Below, one piece after another: positions 17,082 to 25,462 of a stretch of 64,000 bases of DNA (its first letter is position 1; each line of letters starts with the position of its first letter). The position numbers were made by a program, and so were the translations under genes. The notes under the pieces are model-generated. The model made no database searches. It saw only the letters and a list, made by a program, of their open reading frames with translations, and was not told the DNA's origin. The DNA is from Roseibacillus sp. (lineage in GTDB: Bacteria; Verrucomicrobiota; Verrucomicrobiia; Verrucomicrobiales; Akkermansiaceae). The stretch spans positions 749,605 to 813,604 of the forward strand of contig JBPOGI010000002.1 in the NCBI GenBank assembly GCA_051251855.1, given 5' to 3'.

Positions 17082-19889
17082 CTAGTGGTTGAAGATGAAT
17101 TCTTTGGAGTTGAGGAGGGCCCAGAAGAGGTCGTGGTAGAATTCTGTTTTGGCTTCGTCGGTGGCTTCTTTGCGGGTGCTGAGGAGGTGTTGGAGCTCGG
17201 CGGAGTTGGGTTCGCGGGTGAAGGTGCGCAAGTAGAGGGCAGAGATGATTTTTGTGGGGTCGTTGCCGTGTTCTTCTTTGAGAGTTTTGATGAGCTTGCC
17301 ACGAATGATGCGCTCGTGGGTGGAGTCGCCGTTGAGCATGTGAAGGGCTTGCGAGAGGTTGGGTTCCATAACGACTTCACAAGAGCAAACGGTGGCACGG
17401 GTGGCGCGACCGAAGGTGGTGAGAAAGTCGTTGGTGGTGCCTCCATCCGCGATTTGCACGGCGCGGGAACCGACGGGGAGTCCGCGGAATTTGTTGGGGG
17501 TGTTGGTGACTTGGGCGATGACGTCGAGGAGGACTTCGGCACGCATACGACGCACGCGGGACTTGGAGAAGTTGGTTTCGTCGAGGGTGTTGGTCTCGTT
17601 GGCGTGAGTGGAGAGCTGGTAGGTGCGCGAATTGCAGATGTCGCGCACCAGCTTCTTGATGTCGAAGTTGTAAGCGGTGAGCTTTTCGCCCAAGGCGGCA
17701 AAGAGTTCAGGATTGGAGGGAGGGTTGGAGATACGGGCGTCGTCTACGGGGTCGACGATGCCGACTCCAAAGAAGTGATCCCAGACGATGTTAGAGATGT
17801 TGCTGGCGAACCAGGGGTTGTCCTTGGAGGTGAGCCATTCGGCGACGGCTTCGCGGCGGGAGGCGTCAGTTTTTTCGAGAGTTGCCCCTCCGAGGAAGGT
17901 GGGGGGAGCGTTTTTATTAGTGACGGGGTTTTTGATTTCGCCGTTGGCATCGTAAACAATTTGCTCGTGGGGGTCTTCGGCACGCTTGCGTTTGACCTGG
18001 GAGAAGAAACTGGCGAATCCGTAGTAGTCGTCCATGGTCCAGCGGTCGAAGGGATGGTTGTGGCATTGGGCGCATTGGATGCGGGTGCCTAGGAAGACTT
18101 GGGCCACGTTCTCGGTGACTTTCTTGATGTCGGCTTCGAGCTTGTAGTAGTTGGTCTGCGGTTGGGTAAGGGTGCCACCGGGAGTGGCGAGTTGCTCGCG
18201 CACGATTTGGTCGAAGGGAGTGCCGGAGGCGATTTTTTCGCGGAGCCATTCATACCAGAGGGTGGCGGCCTTGTAGGTGATTTGATTGGAGTTGTTGCCG
18301 GTGGAGCGAATCTGGAGGAGTTCGGCCCACTTCATGACCCAGATTTCGGTGAACTCCTTGCGTTCGATGAGTTGGTCGATGAGTTGGGAACGTTTGTCGG
18401 GGGAAGAGTCAGCGAGGAAGCTGGCGCGCTCTTCGCGGCTGGGGAGGAGACCGATGAGGTCGAGGTAGACGCGGCGGACGAAGTCCTCGTCGGTGGCGAG
18501 CTTGGAGGGGATGATACGGAGCTTGTGAAGTTTTTCGTGAACGTGATCGTCGATGTAGTTTTGAGATTGGATACTAGGTTTCTGGTAGTTGGATTGGGCG
18601 GGAATGACGATGTTCTGGCTGCCTTCGGTAAAGGTGTGGAAGCGCGCCATGAGGAAGGCTTCGCCTCGCTGGGCAGAAACCGTTTTTCCGCTGTTAGGGT
18701 CGACTTTGACGGAGCTGTCGTTGGAGCTGGTGAAGCTGGAAAGGCTGGTGACGTCGCGATCGGTTCCATCGGCATACTCGGCGCGGACGGTGAGTTGCAT
18801 GCGCTGGCGGGGGCCTTTGAGAACGGTTTGGGCGGGTTCGACGGTGATGCTGGTGGGAAGGGCGATGTCGGCGGGATCGTATTTGGCGCCGTCTTGCAGC
18901 CAGCGAAGCATAGTGGAGTAGAAGGGGTGGTCTTTCTCGAAAAGTTTGCCGCCGGTGTGGGGAACGGCGCCGATGGACTTGGTGAGGAGGAGGGATTCCT
19001 CGGGGATGGCGAGGTTGATACGGCGGCCTAGTTGTTCGCGGGTGATGCGGTTGTAGTCGCCCTTGGGGTCGTAGCCAAAAAGAGAGAGCATGAAGCCGTC
19101 TTGCCCGCGCGCGGAGCCGTGGCAAGAGCCGGTGTTGCAGCCGCCGGCGGTAAAGATGGGAACAATGTCTTGCTGGAAGGAGACGGTGCGCTCGCGGGTG
19201 GCGTCTTTGACAGTGAGAGGGATTTCCTGGCTCTGGCCTCGGAATTCGATTTTGATGGTGGTGGTTCCGTCGGCGAGAGGGCGAAGGGTGGTGCCTTCGA
19301 GTTTGGCAAGCTTGGGATCACTGAGGGTGAGCTTGGCGGAGGCGCTGACGTCGCGAGTGGTGGCGTCTTTGGAGGTGGCTAGGATGACGAGGCGGTGGAA
19401 GTCGGAGGAGGTTTCGAGGGAGACTTGGGAGGGGAAGACTTCGATGTGAGCGAGTTGGGGATCGAGTTGGTGGGGGTCTTCGAGGGGAGCGGTCTTTTCC
19501 TTGGGTTCGAGAATGATGCCTTTGGGCCAAGGTGCGCCAGCGAGAAGCCATTTTTCCATGACGGTGATTTCGCCGGGTGTGAGTGCTTCGCGGGAGACTT
19601 TTTTGGAAGAGGGGGGCATGAATTCGTCTTCCTCTTGGGGGAGACGAACGCGGCGCAGGAGTTCGGAGTTTTTGGGGGCCTTTTTGTTAAAGGCGAGTTC
19701 TTCGTCGCCTCCGAGGAGAAAGTCGTCGTGGGTGTGGAGCTTGAGTCCGCCTTTGCCTTCGTCAGCATGGTGACACTCAAGGCAGTTTTGTTCGAGGATG
19801 GGGCGGACGGCCTCGAAGTGGGCATTGGCCCAGATTCCGCATGTGCTGATGAGGAAGATGAGGCTGCTGAGGATGGAGGGACGAGACAT
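17082..19889 (-). CDS. PVC-type cytochrome c / Ig-like / DUF1549 / DUF1553 protein
   Basis: Start moved to ATG 19889. CLECH; CNTGSCHG; FVRRVYLDLIG; CAQCHNHPFDRW; PSNPEL; RRMRAEVLLD; WALLNSKEFIFNH. Confidence 0.88.
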   Translation of the reverse strand: MSRPSILSSLIFLISTCGIWANAHFEAVRPILEQNCLECHHADEGKGGLKLHTHDDFLLGGDEELAFNKKAPKNSELLRRVRLPQEEDEFMPPSSKKVSREALTPGEITVMEKWLLAGAPWPKGIILEPKEKTAPLEDPHQLDPQLAHIEVFPSQVSLETSSDFHRLVILATSKDATTRDVSASAKLTLSDPKLAKLEGTTLRPLADGTTTIKIEFRGQSQEIPLTVKDATRERTVSFQQDIVPIFTAGGCNTGSCHGSARGQDGFMLSLFGYDPKGDYNRITREQLGRRINLAIPEESLLLTKSIGAVPHTGGKLFEKDHPFYSTMLRWLQDGAKYDPADIALPTSITVEPAQTVLKGPRQRMQLTVRAEYADGTDRDVTSLSSFTSSNDSSVKVDPNSGKTVSAQRGEAFLMARFHTFTEGSQNIVIPAQSNYQKPSIQSQNYIDDHVHEKLHKLRIIPSKLATDEDFVRRVYLDLIGLLPSREERASFLADSSPDKRSQLIDQLIERKEFTEIWVMKWAELLQIRSTGNNSNQITYKAATLWYEWLREKIASGTPFDQIVREQLATPGGTLTQPQTNYYKLEADIKKVTENVAQVFLGTRIQCAQCHNHPFDRWTMDDYYGFASFFSQVKRKRAEDPHEQIVYDANGEIKNPVTNKNAPPTFLGGATLEKTDASRREAVAEWLTSKDNPWFASNISNIVWDHFFGVGIVDPVDDARISNPPSNPELFAALGEKLTAYNFDIKKLVRDICNSRTYQLSTHANETNTLDETNFSKSRVRRMRAEVLLDVIAQVTNTPNKFRGLPVGSRAVQIADGGTTNDFLTTFGRATRATVCSCEVVMEPNLSQALHMLNGDSTHERIIRGKLIKTLKEEHGNDPTKIISALYLRTFTREPNSAELQHLLSTRKEATDEAKTEFYHDLFWALLNSKEFIFNH

Positions 19890-20008
19890 TGGCTCGCGAT
19901 AGAACGTGCATTTTTGTGCGCTTCTATCGCAGGAAGTGTGTCGTGGGGTGCAGCCACGTTGAGGATTCGACGACTGAAATCGATGCTCCCATTGGGATGA
20001 GAGGAGAG

Positions 20009-20644
20009 CTAGCCGCGCCAAGTTTTGTTTTCGCCTCGGGTGTCGAGGTGAATGAAGGTCTTGTAAAGGCCGATACCACCTTGGAAGTAGCCTTCGTCAC
20101 GGAGGTCGCGGGCGATGGAGTAGGCTTCGCGAGGTCCGCCTTCGAAGACGAGGTCGAGAGCGCAATTCTTGGTGTGCCAAGAGCCGGAAGCGCCTCCGCA
20201 GGCTCGGTTGTAGGTGGGGTTACGGTAGGCGGAAGTGATGAGCTTCAATGGCTTACCGAGGCGTTCACGAATTTCGTCGGCGACGAACAGGGTGGCGGGC
20301 ATGGCAGGCCAGAGCTCGATGGGCGGAAGGGTGTTCGTAATTCCGCGCGTGGATTGGCGGTGGGGATTGATGATTTCCTGAGGCTGGATGTGGCGCAGGT
20401 TGAATCGGGCGAGGAATTCCTCGTAGGTGAGAGGCTCGGTGGCGGCTGGATCTGGTAAGGGGGCAGGAGATTCGGCAACCAAGGGTTCCGCGGGAGTTGA
20501 TGGGAAGGCGGTTGCTTCGACCTCAGGGGCCGGGGGAAGGCTGAGCCTCGAGAGAGACTTTGCCGTCAAGGCGGTGCCGAGGGAGAGGAGGCTGGCTGAT
20601 TGTAACCAGCGACGGCGAGTAGGGGTATTCGTCGTTTCAAGCAT
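20009..20644 (-). CDS. Tat-exported M15A/YcbK-like Zn peptidase (D-Ala-D-Ala carboxypeptidase fold)
   Basis: TRRRWL twin-Arg signal; SAYR..YN...GGA..SWH...ALD; GIGLY..FIHLDTRG. Confidence 0.85.
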   Translation of the reverse strand: MLETTNTPTRRRWLQSASLLSLGTALTAKSLSRLSLPPAPEVEATAFPSTPAEPLVAESPAPLPDPAATEPLTYEEFLARFNLRHIQPQEIINPHRQSTRGITNTLPPIELWPAMPATLFVADEIRERLGKPLKLITSAYRNPTYNRACGGASGSWHTKNCALDLVFEGGPREAYSIARDLRDEGYFQGGIGLYKTFIHLDTRGENKTWRG

Positions 20645-20735
20645 TTCGCTCCGGAATAGTTAAGGAATCCGAACTAAAAAGAAAGCTCGAATTACGTTCG
20701 CTTGAGTAGTGGTTTTGGGGGCGAGGTGCAATAAG

Positions 20736-21350
20736 CTAGCGTAAGGGCCGTGCTTTGGGGGATTTAGGGCCCGATGGAGGAGGGGGAATGATTTCAGCGT
20801 TCTCGAGCTTTTGCCTCCAAATTGTGTTCTCTACGGCGACGGACATGAGGTGTTCTTCATGGTTGCAGCGTTGTCTGTTTTTCCAAAAGACACTTGCGAA
20901 AAACAGGAGCGCAAGAAAGGAGAGTGAGAAGAACCAGAGGAGAGCTGAGCAGAGGATGCTATGAAGCAGATAGCTAGAGTCGAAGGCCCACTCGTTAAAG
21001 GCTCCGGTGAGGCAGATTTGTTGGATGGCTGCAAAGATGAAGAATCGTTTGGCGGTGGGGGCTTCACACCGCATGTAATAGAATACAGCGACGAAGGCAT
21101 TGGGAAGGGCTATAAAAGCGAAGGCAGAGGTCATGACCCAGAGCGGTACCATGAGAAGGCTAGAACCGCTGAGGGAGGGAAGAAAGTAGGAACCGGAGAG
21201 TGGGGTGAAACTGAGTAGGAACTGAGCCGATAGGGCGCTGATGAAAGCAAAAAGACTGCCAAGAATGATGCAGCCAATAAAACCAAAAGCGCGCTGGAGG
21301 GCTTCCCATATGGCGAGTCCGAAGACTTCTTCAGGGTCGATGGGGATCAT
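20736..21350 (-). CDS. hypothetical membrane protein
   Basis: About 4 hydrophobic segments; fills the gap between neighbours; start uncertain (21350 or 21365). Confidence 0.6.
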   Translation of the reverse strand: MIPIDPEEVFGLAIWEALQRAFGFIGCIILGSLFAFISALSAQFLLSFTPLSGSYFLPSLSGSSLLMVPLWVMTSAFAFIALPNAFVAVFYYMRCEAPTAKRFFIFAAIQQICLTGAFNEWAFDSSYLLHSILCSALLWFFSLSFLALLFFASVFWKNRQRCNHEEHLMSVAVENTIWRQKLENAEIIPPPPSGPKSPKARPLR

Positions 21351-21516
21351 GTTCTTAGTTAACAACTTGTTTTCGTTTTGGCAAAATCTGAATTGTGACT
21401 TGGTAAGCTGTTTTTGAGTGGGGGCAGTTACGGTGCTTTTTGGACAAAGGTGTTATCGAGTCTCGTTTAGGAATTGGAGCAGGCGTCAGAGGGCGCTAGT
21501 TTCTTGGAAACGCTTT

Positions 21517-23259
21517 ATGAGAAAACTCTTTTCGGTTCTGTGGCCTTTCCTCTTGGCGGGGTTGGGTGGCTTGTTGCTGGCGCTCTGCTTTGCTCCCTTC
21601 AATTTGCCTGATCTCGTTTGGTTGGCTCCGGTCTGTCTGTTGGCGGCGGTTTGGTTGGGGGTGGGTGACGTGCGTTATAAGAGAAAGGGGTTCTTAATAG
21701 GCTGGGTTGCGGGTTTGGTGTTTTGGGGCGTGAATTTGAAGTGGTTGAGCACGGTGACGGGGGGAGCGTATTTTATCTTAGCAGGATATCTCGCGGTTTA
21801 TTTTGCGTTGTTTGGATTGTTCGCTTCTTCGGTGGGGAATCCGTTTCGAGGGGGAGTTCGCTTGAGGGGAAAAAGGGAAGTGGCGTTGCGGTCTCTTGGT
21901 TTTGCTACGCTCAATGCGGGGTTGTGGTGTGGGTTGGAGTGGGTGCGGGGGCATGTTTTGACAGGCTTTAGTTGGAATGGATTAGGAGCTGCTTTTCACG
22001 CCCGCTTGCCTTTGGCGCAGGGTGCGGAGTTGGTGGGAGTAGCTGGATTGGCGTTTTTGCCGGTCTTTGTGGCTGGGGTGATGGTGCAAGTGGGGGTGCG
22101 TTTGGTGGAGGGGACGAAGGCGGGAAAGATAGAGCGTCATTGGGACTTTGCGGTGATGGTGTTGCTGTTGATTGGGTGCTTTACTTACGGAGTCTTTCGG
22201 ATGGCGGCGATTCATCGTTCGCCGAGTGATGAGTTGCGGGTGTTGTTGGTTCAGATGGATATTCCACAGGTGGCAGGGCAGGTGTTGTGGACGGGTAGGC
22301 AGGTGCATGAGGGTTATGAGGGGGAGACTCGGGCTGCTTTGGCACGAGTGGATGAACGAAATGAGAAGTTGATTGCGGAGGCTGAAGGAGAAGTGGAGTT
22401 GGAGGCGATTGATTGGGTGGTCTGGCCGGAGGTGGTGCTGTATGGAATTCTGCTGAATGATGGCGGGGAGAATATGGCGCTGTATGAGCCGTCATCCTCT
22501 ACCATTGAGCGGATGCGGGACGCGGGGGTGCGGAATTTAGTGGCAGGGGTTTGGGAGGTGGAGGCGGAACGGGTGGAAGGAGGAATCCGACCCAAAGAGG
22601 ATGCGACACAATATAACGCTCTTCTGGCGGTGGACCCGAATGGAGAGTTGGCAACGCATCGGAAGCAGCATTTGGTGATCTATGGGGAGTTCATTCCTTT
22701 TGTGGATTCGGTGAAGTGGTTGGGTGATATTTACGAAAAGGTGGCGGGAGTTCCTTGGTCAGGGAATCTTGGGCGTGGCACGGGTTCGGAAAGTTTTTCG
22801 CTGCCGGGGGCAGGGGGAGAGGTGAAGGTGATTCCGTCGATTTGCTTTGAGGATACGGTGCCGCGAGTGGTGAGGAAGTTCAGTAAGGGGCCCAGAGAGG
22901 TGATTTTGAACATTACCAACGATGGCTGGTTCGGCGAAAGCGAAGGGTCGCAGCAGCACTTTGACAATGCACTCTTTCGAGCCATTGAGTTGCGGCGTCC
23001 GATGCTGCGGGCGGCGAATCGAGGAGTGACGGGGGTGGTTTCGGCGACGGGGAGCTTAATGAATTATGAGACGGGGGAACGGCAGATTTTGGAAGATGAG
23101 AAGGGGCGTCCTTTTCAGCGGGGAAGTGTTTATGCCAAGGCGCATATCTTGAGAAAAGGGGGGCCGACTTTGTATGCGCGGGTGGGCGACTTGTTTTCGG
23201 TGCTAGGGCTGGTAGCTGCGCTGTGCTGGGGAGTGGTGCGCTGGCGGTTGCAAAAGTGA
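21517..23259 (+). CDS. lnt: apolipoprotein N-acyltransferase
   Basis: Start moved to ATG 21517. TM domain then WPE, KQHLVIYGEFIP, ICFE, NITNDGWF, RAANRG. Confidence 0.95.
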   Translation: MRKLFSVLWPFLLAGLGGLLLALCFAPFNLPDLVWLAPVCLLAAVWLGVGDVRYKRKGFLIGWVAGLVFWGVNLKWLSTVTGGAYFILAGYLAVYFALFGLFASSVGNPFRGGVRLRGKREVALRSLGFATLNAGLWCGLEWVRGHVLTGFSWNGLGAAFHARLPLAQGAELVGVAGLAFLPVFVAGVMVQVGVRLVEGTKAGKIERHWDFAVMVLLLIGCFTYGVFRMAAIHRSPSDELRVLLVQMDIPQVAGQVLWTGRQVHEGYEGETRAALARVDERNEKLIAEAEGEVELEAIDWVVWPEVVLYGILLNDGGENMALYEPSSSTIERMRDAGVRNLVAGVWEVEAERVEGGIRPKEDATQYNALLAVDPNGELATHRKQHLVIYGEFIPFVDSVKWLGDIYEKVAGVPWSGNLGRGTGSESFSLPGAGGEVKVIPSICFEDTVPRVVRKFSKGPREVILNITNDGWFGESEGSQQHFDNALFRAIELRRPMLRAANRGVTGVVSATGSLMNYETGERQILEDEKGRPFQRGSVYAKAHILRKGGPTLYARVGDLFSVLGLVAALCWGVVRWRLQK

Positions 23260-23372
23260 GGAAGGTTTGGAGTGGCCTTTTTAGGGGTATGTTTGGCACA
23301 GTCCTGTCTGCAAAGTCTTGTCGATTCGAATTTGAAAAGATAGACTTTGGCGGAACAAACAACTGCACTTTT

Positions 23373-23906
23373 ATGAATAGAACACTTCCTTTTGCGCCTT
23401 TGATGTTGCTGGCGTTTTTTCTCTTTGGCTGTCAGGCAATGAAGCCTGTTCCGTTGACTCCTTTTGCTGATGGCGAGCATTGGGTAGTAGAAGCTCCGCT
23501 TGTTTACGAACGGGCGAGTAATGGTGAGGTCTATGAGGTGCCCGAGGGATTCGTGACGGACTTTGCGAGTATTCCGCGTCCGTTGTGGCCCATCTATCCT
23601 AAGACGGGTCGCTACCAGTTGGCGGCGGTGGTGCATGATTATCTCTACTGGGACCAGTCGCTCACGCGTAAGCAGGCGGACGACGTTTTTCTGGAGGGTA
23701 TGAAGGAGTCCGAGGTTCCAAAGAAGGACCGCTTTATTATCTATCAGGCGGTGCGAAAGGGTGGCGAAAAAGCTTGGAAGAACAATGCGGCGCAGAAGGC
23801 GGCAGGAAAGCCTCGCATCATTCCCGACGAGCATCGAGATATCCCAGCTAACACAGAGTGGGCGGAGTATCGCGAGCATCTTTATAAAGAAGGCGTGCGT
23901 CCTTAG
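23373..23906 (+). CDS. DUF1353 lipoprotein
   Basis: Start moved to ATG 23373. Lipobox LFG-C; VPEGFVTDFASIP, AAVVHDYLY. Confidence 0.8.
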   Translation: MNRTLPFAPLMLLAFFLFGCQAMKPVPLTPFADGEHWVVEAPLVYERASNGEVYEVPEGFVTDFASIPRPLWPIYPKTGRYQLAAVVHDYLYWDQSLTRKQADDVFLEGMKESEVPKKDRFIIYQAVRKGGEKAWKNNAAQKAAGKPRIIPDEHRDIPANTEWAEYREHLYKEGVRP

Positions 23907-23927
23907 CGGTGGCTGGCTAGCGTTTGC

Positions 23928-24911
23928 GTGATGGAAGGAGTAACCATTCATGGATGCGGGTTGGCTGGGGTCTTTGTGGGCTGGCGGCTGTGGCAACGGG
24001 GTGTTGGCTTTCGTCATGTGGGCGAGCAAGGCGTGGGCGCTTCGTGGGCGGCGGCAGGTTTGGTTAATCCGGTGACGGGCAAGGGGATGAATTTGGGCTG
24101 GCGCCTCGGGGAGTTTTTGGAGGAGATGCGGGAGTTCTATCTCGATGCGGGGTCGATCTTGGGGCGGCACTATTTCAAGGAGGTGCCGGTGTTGCGGGTC
24201 TTTGCGGATGAAAAAGAGAGGGCGAAGTTTGAGGCGAAAAAGCCAGAGTTGGAGCCTTGGATTTGTGATGTCTATCCGGTGCTGACGGATGTGAAGGAAG
24301 GGGGCTTTGGTGGAGTGGAGTGGAACGGTGGTGGATGGGTAGATGTGCGTTCGTTTTTGCGGGATTCGCTCAAGTTTTTTGAGGAAGAAGGAGGGGTGGG
24401 GGCTCCGGGGCCTAGGGTAGATGTCTATTGTGAGGGGATAAAGGGGCTGTTGGAGGGGGAGTTTTCGTTTTTGCCCAATCGCTTAGCTAAGGGAGAGATT
24501 TTGGAAGTGGAGGTTCCGGGGTGGAATGAGGAGCGGATTCTGAATCGTCGCGGTTGGAGTATTCCGATTGGCAATGATTGTTATCGGGTGGGAGCAACTT
24601 ACGAATGGGATGATTTGACGAATGAGCCCACGGAGAAGGGAAGGGTGAAGTTGGAGTCCTTGGTGCGAGAGTTTACCGACTTGCCGTTTGAGGTGAGGAA
24701 TCATGTGGCGGGGGTTCGTCCTATTGTTCGAAATAGTGAGCCGGTGGTGGGAGCTCATCCACAGGACTCTTCCAGTTATGTCTTGAATGGGTTGGGTTCG
24801 AAGGGCTGTCTTTATGGTCCCAAGGTGGCTCAGCAATTGGTGGAGCTGGTTCTGGATGGCCGCGCGGTGGATGAGGAACTGAATTTGAGTGCCTTTGGGG
24901 AACCGTCCTGA
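23928..24911 (+). CDS. FAD-dependent oxidoreductase (DAO family, MnmC oxidase-domain-like)
   Basis: GCGLAG, GASWAAAGLVNPVTG, GATY, AGVRP, GLGSKG. Confidence 0.75.
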   Translation: MMEGVTIHGCGLAGVFVGWRLWQRGVGFRHVGEQGVGASWAAAGLVNPVTGKGMNLGWRLGEFLEEMREFYLDAGSILGRHYFKEVPVLRVFADEKERAKFEAKKPELEPWICDVYPVLTDVKEGGFGGVEWNGGGWVDVRSFLRDSLKFFEEEGGVGAPGPRVDVYCEGIKGLLEGEFSFLPNRLAKGEILEVEVPGWNEERILNRRGWSIPIGNDCYRVGATYEWDDLTNEPTEKGRVKLESLVREFTDLPFEVRNHVAGVRPIVRNSEPVVGAHPQDSSSYVLNGLGSKGCLYGPKVAQQLVELVLDGRAVDEELNLSAFGEPS

Positions 24912-25462
24912 TGACGATTAGTGATTTGGCGAAGGAGCTGGTGGCGGAGGTGATTGTGCGTGGGGATCGTGCGGTGGATGCGACAATGGGGAATGGTTGG
25001 GACACTCTTTTTCTTGCGGAGAAGGTGGGGGAAGAAGGGCGGGTCTTTGCCTTTGATGTCCAGGCGGCAGCTTTGGTTTCGACGCGGAAGAAGTTGGTGA
25101 AGGCTGAGTTGTTAGAGCGTTGTGAGATTTTTGAAAGAGGGCATGAGGAGATGGATGAAGTGGTGTCTGCTGAGGTGGGGGCGGTGATGTTTAATTTGGG
25201 ATATTTGCCCTATGCAGAGAAAGAAATTACCACGTGCCGGGAGACGACTTTGCAAGCACTGGATACGGCGGCGTTGCTCTTGAGAGCAGGTGGGATTTTG
25301 ACGGTGATTTGTTACCGCGGTCATCCTGGAGGGCAGGAAGAGGCGGCGGGAGTGCTCGCTTGGGCCGCAGAGCAAGAGGGCTTTGTGAAGGACGGACCTA
25401 CGGAATTGCCGGAGGGGGTGAAGCCGTTTTTGTTGAGTCTTAAGAAGAAGGCGACTGAGTGA
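24911..25462 (+). CDS. SAM-dependent methyltransferase, YtqB/MnmM family
   Basis: AVDATMGNGWDTLFLA, FDVQ, MFNLGYLP, YRGHPGGQEE; TGATG overlap with the upstream gene. Confidence 0.8.
   Translation: MTISDLAKELVAEVIVRGDRAVDATMGNGWDTLFLAEKVGEEGRVFAFDVQAAALVSTRKKLVKAELLERCEIFERGHEEMDEVVSAEVGAVMFNLGYLPYAEKEITTCRETTLQALDTAALLLRAGGILTVICYRGHPGGQEEAAGVLAWAAEQEGFVKDGPTELPEGVKPFLLSLKKKATE

Noticed and set aside
23293..23310. TTGGCAC upstream of the DUF1353 gene as a sigma54 promoter
   Set aside because: No GC at the -12 position.
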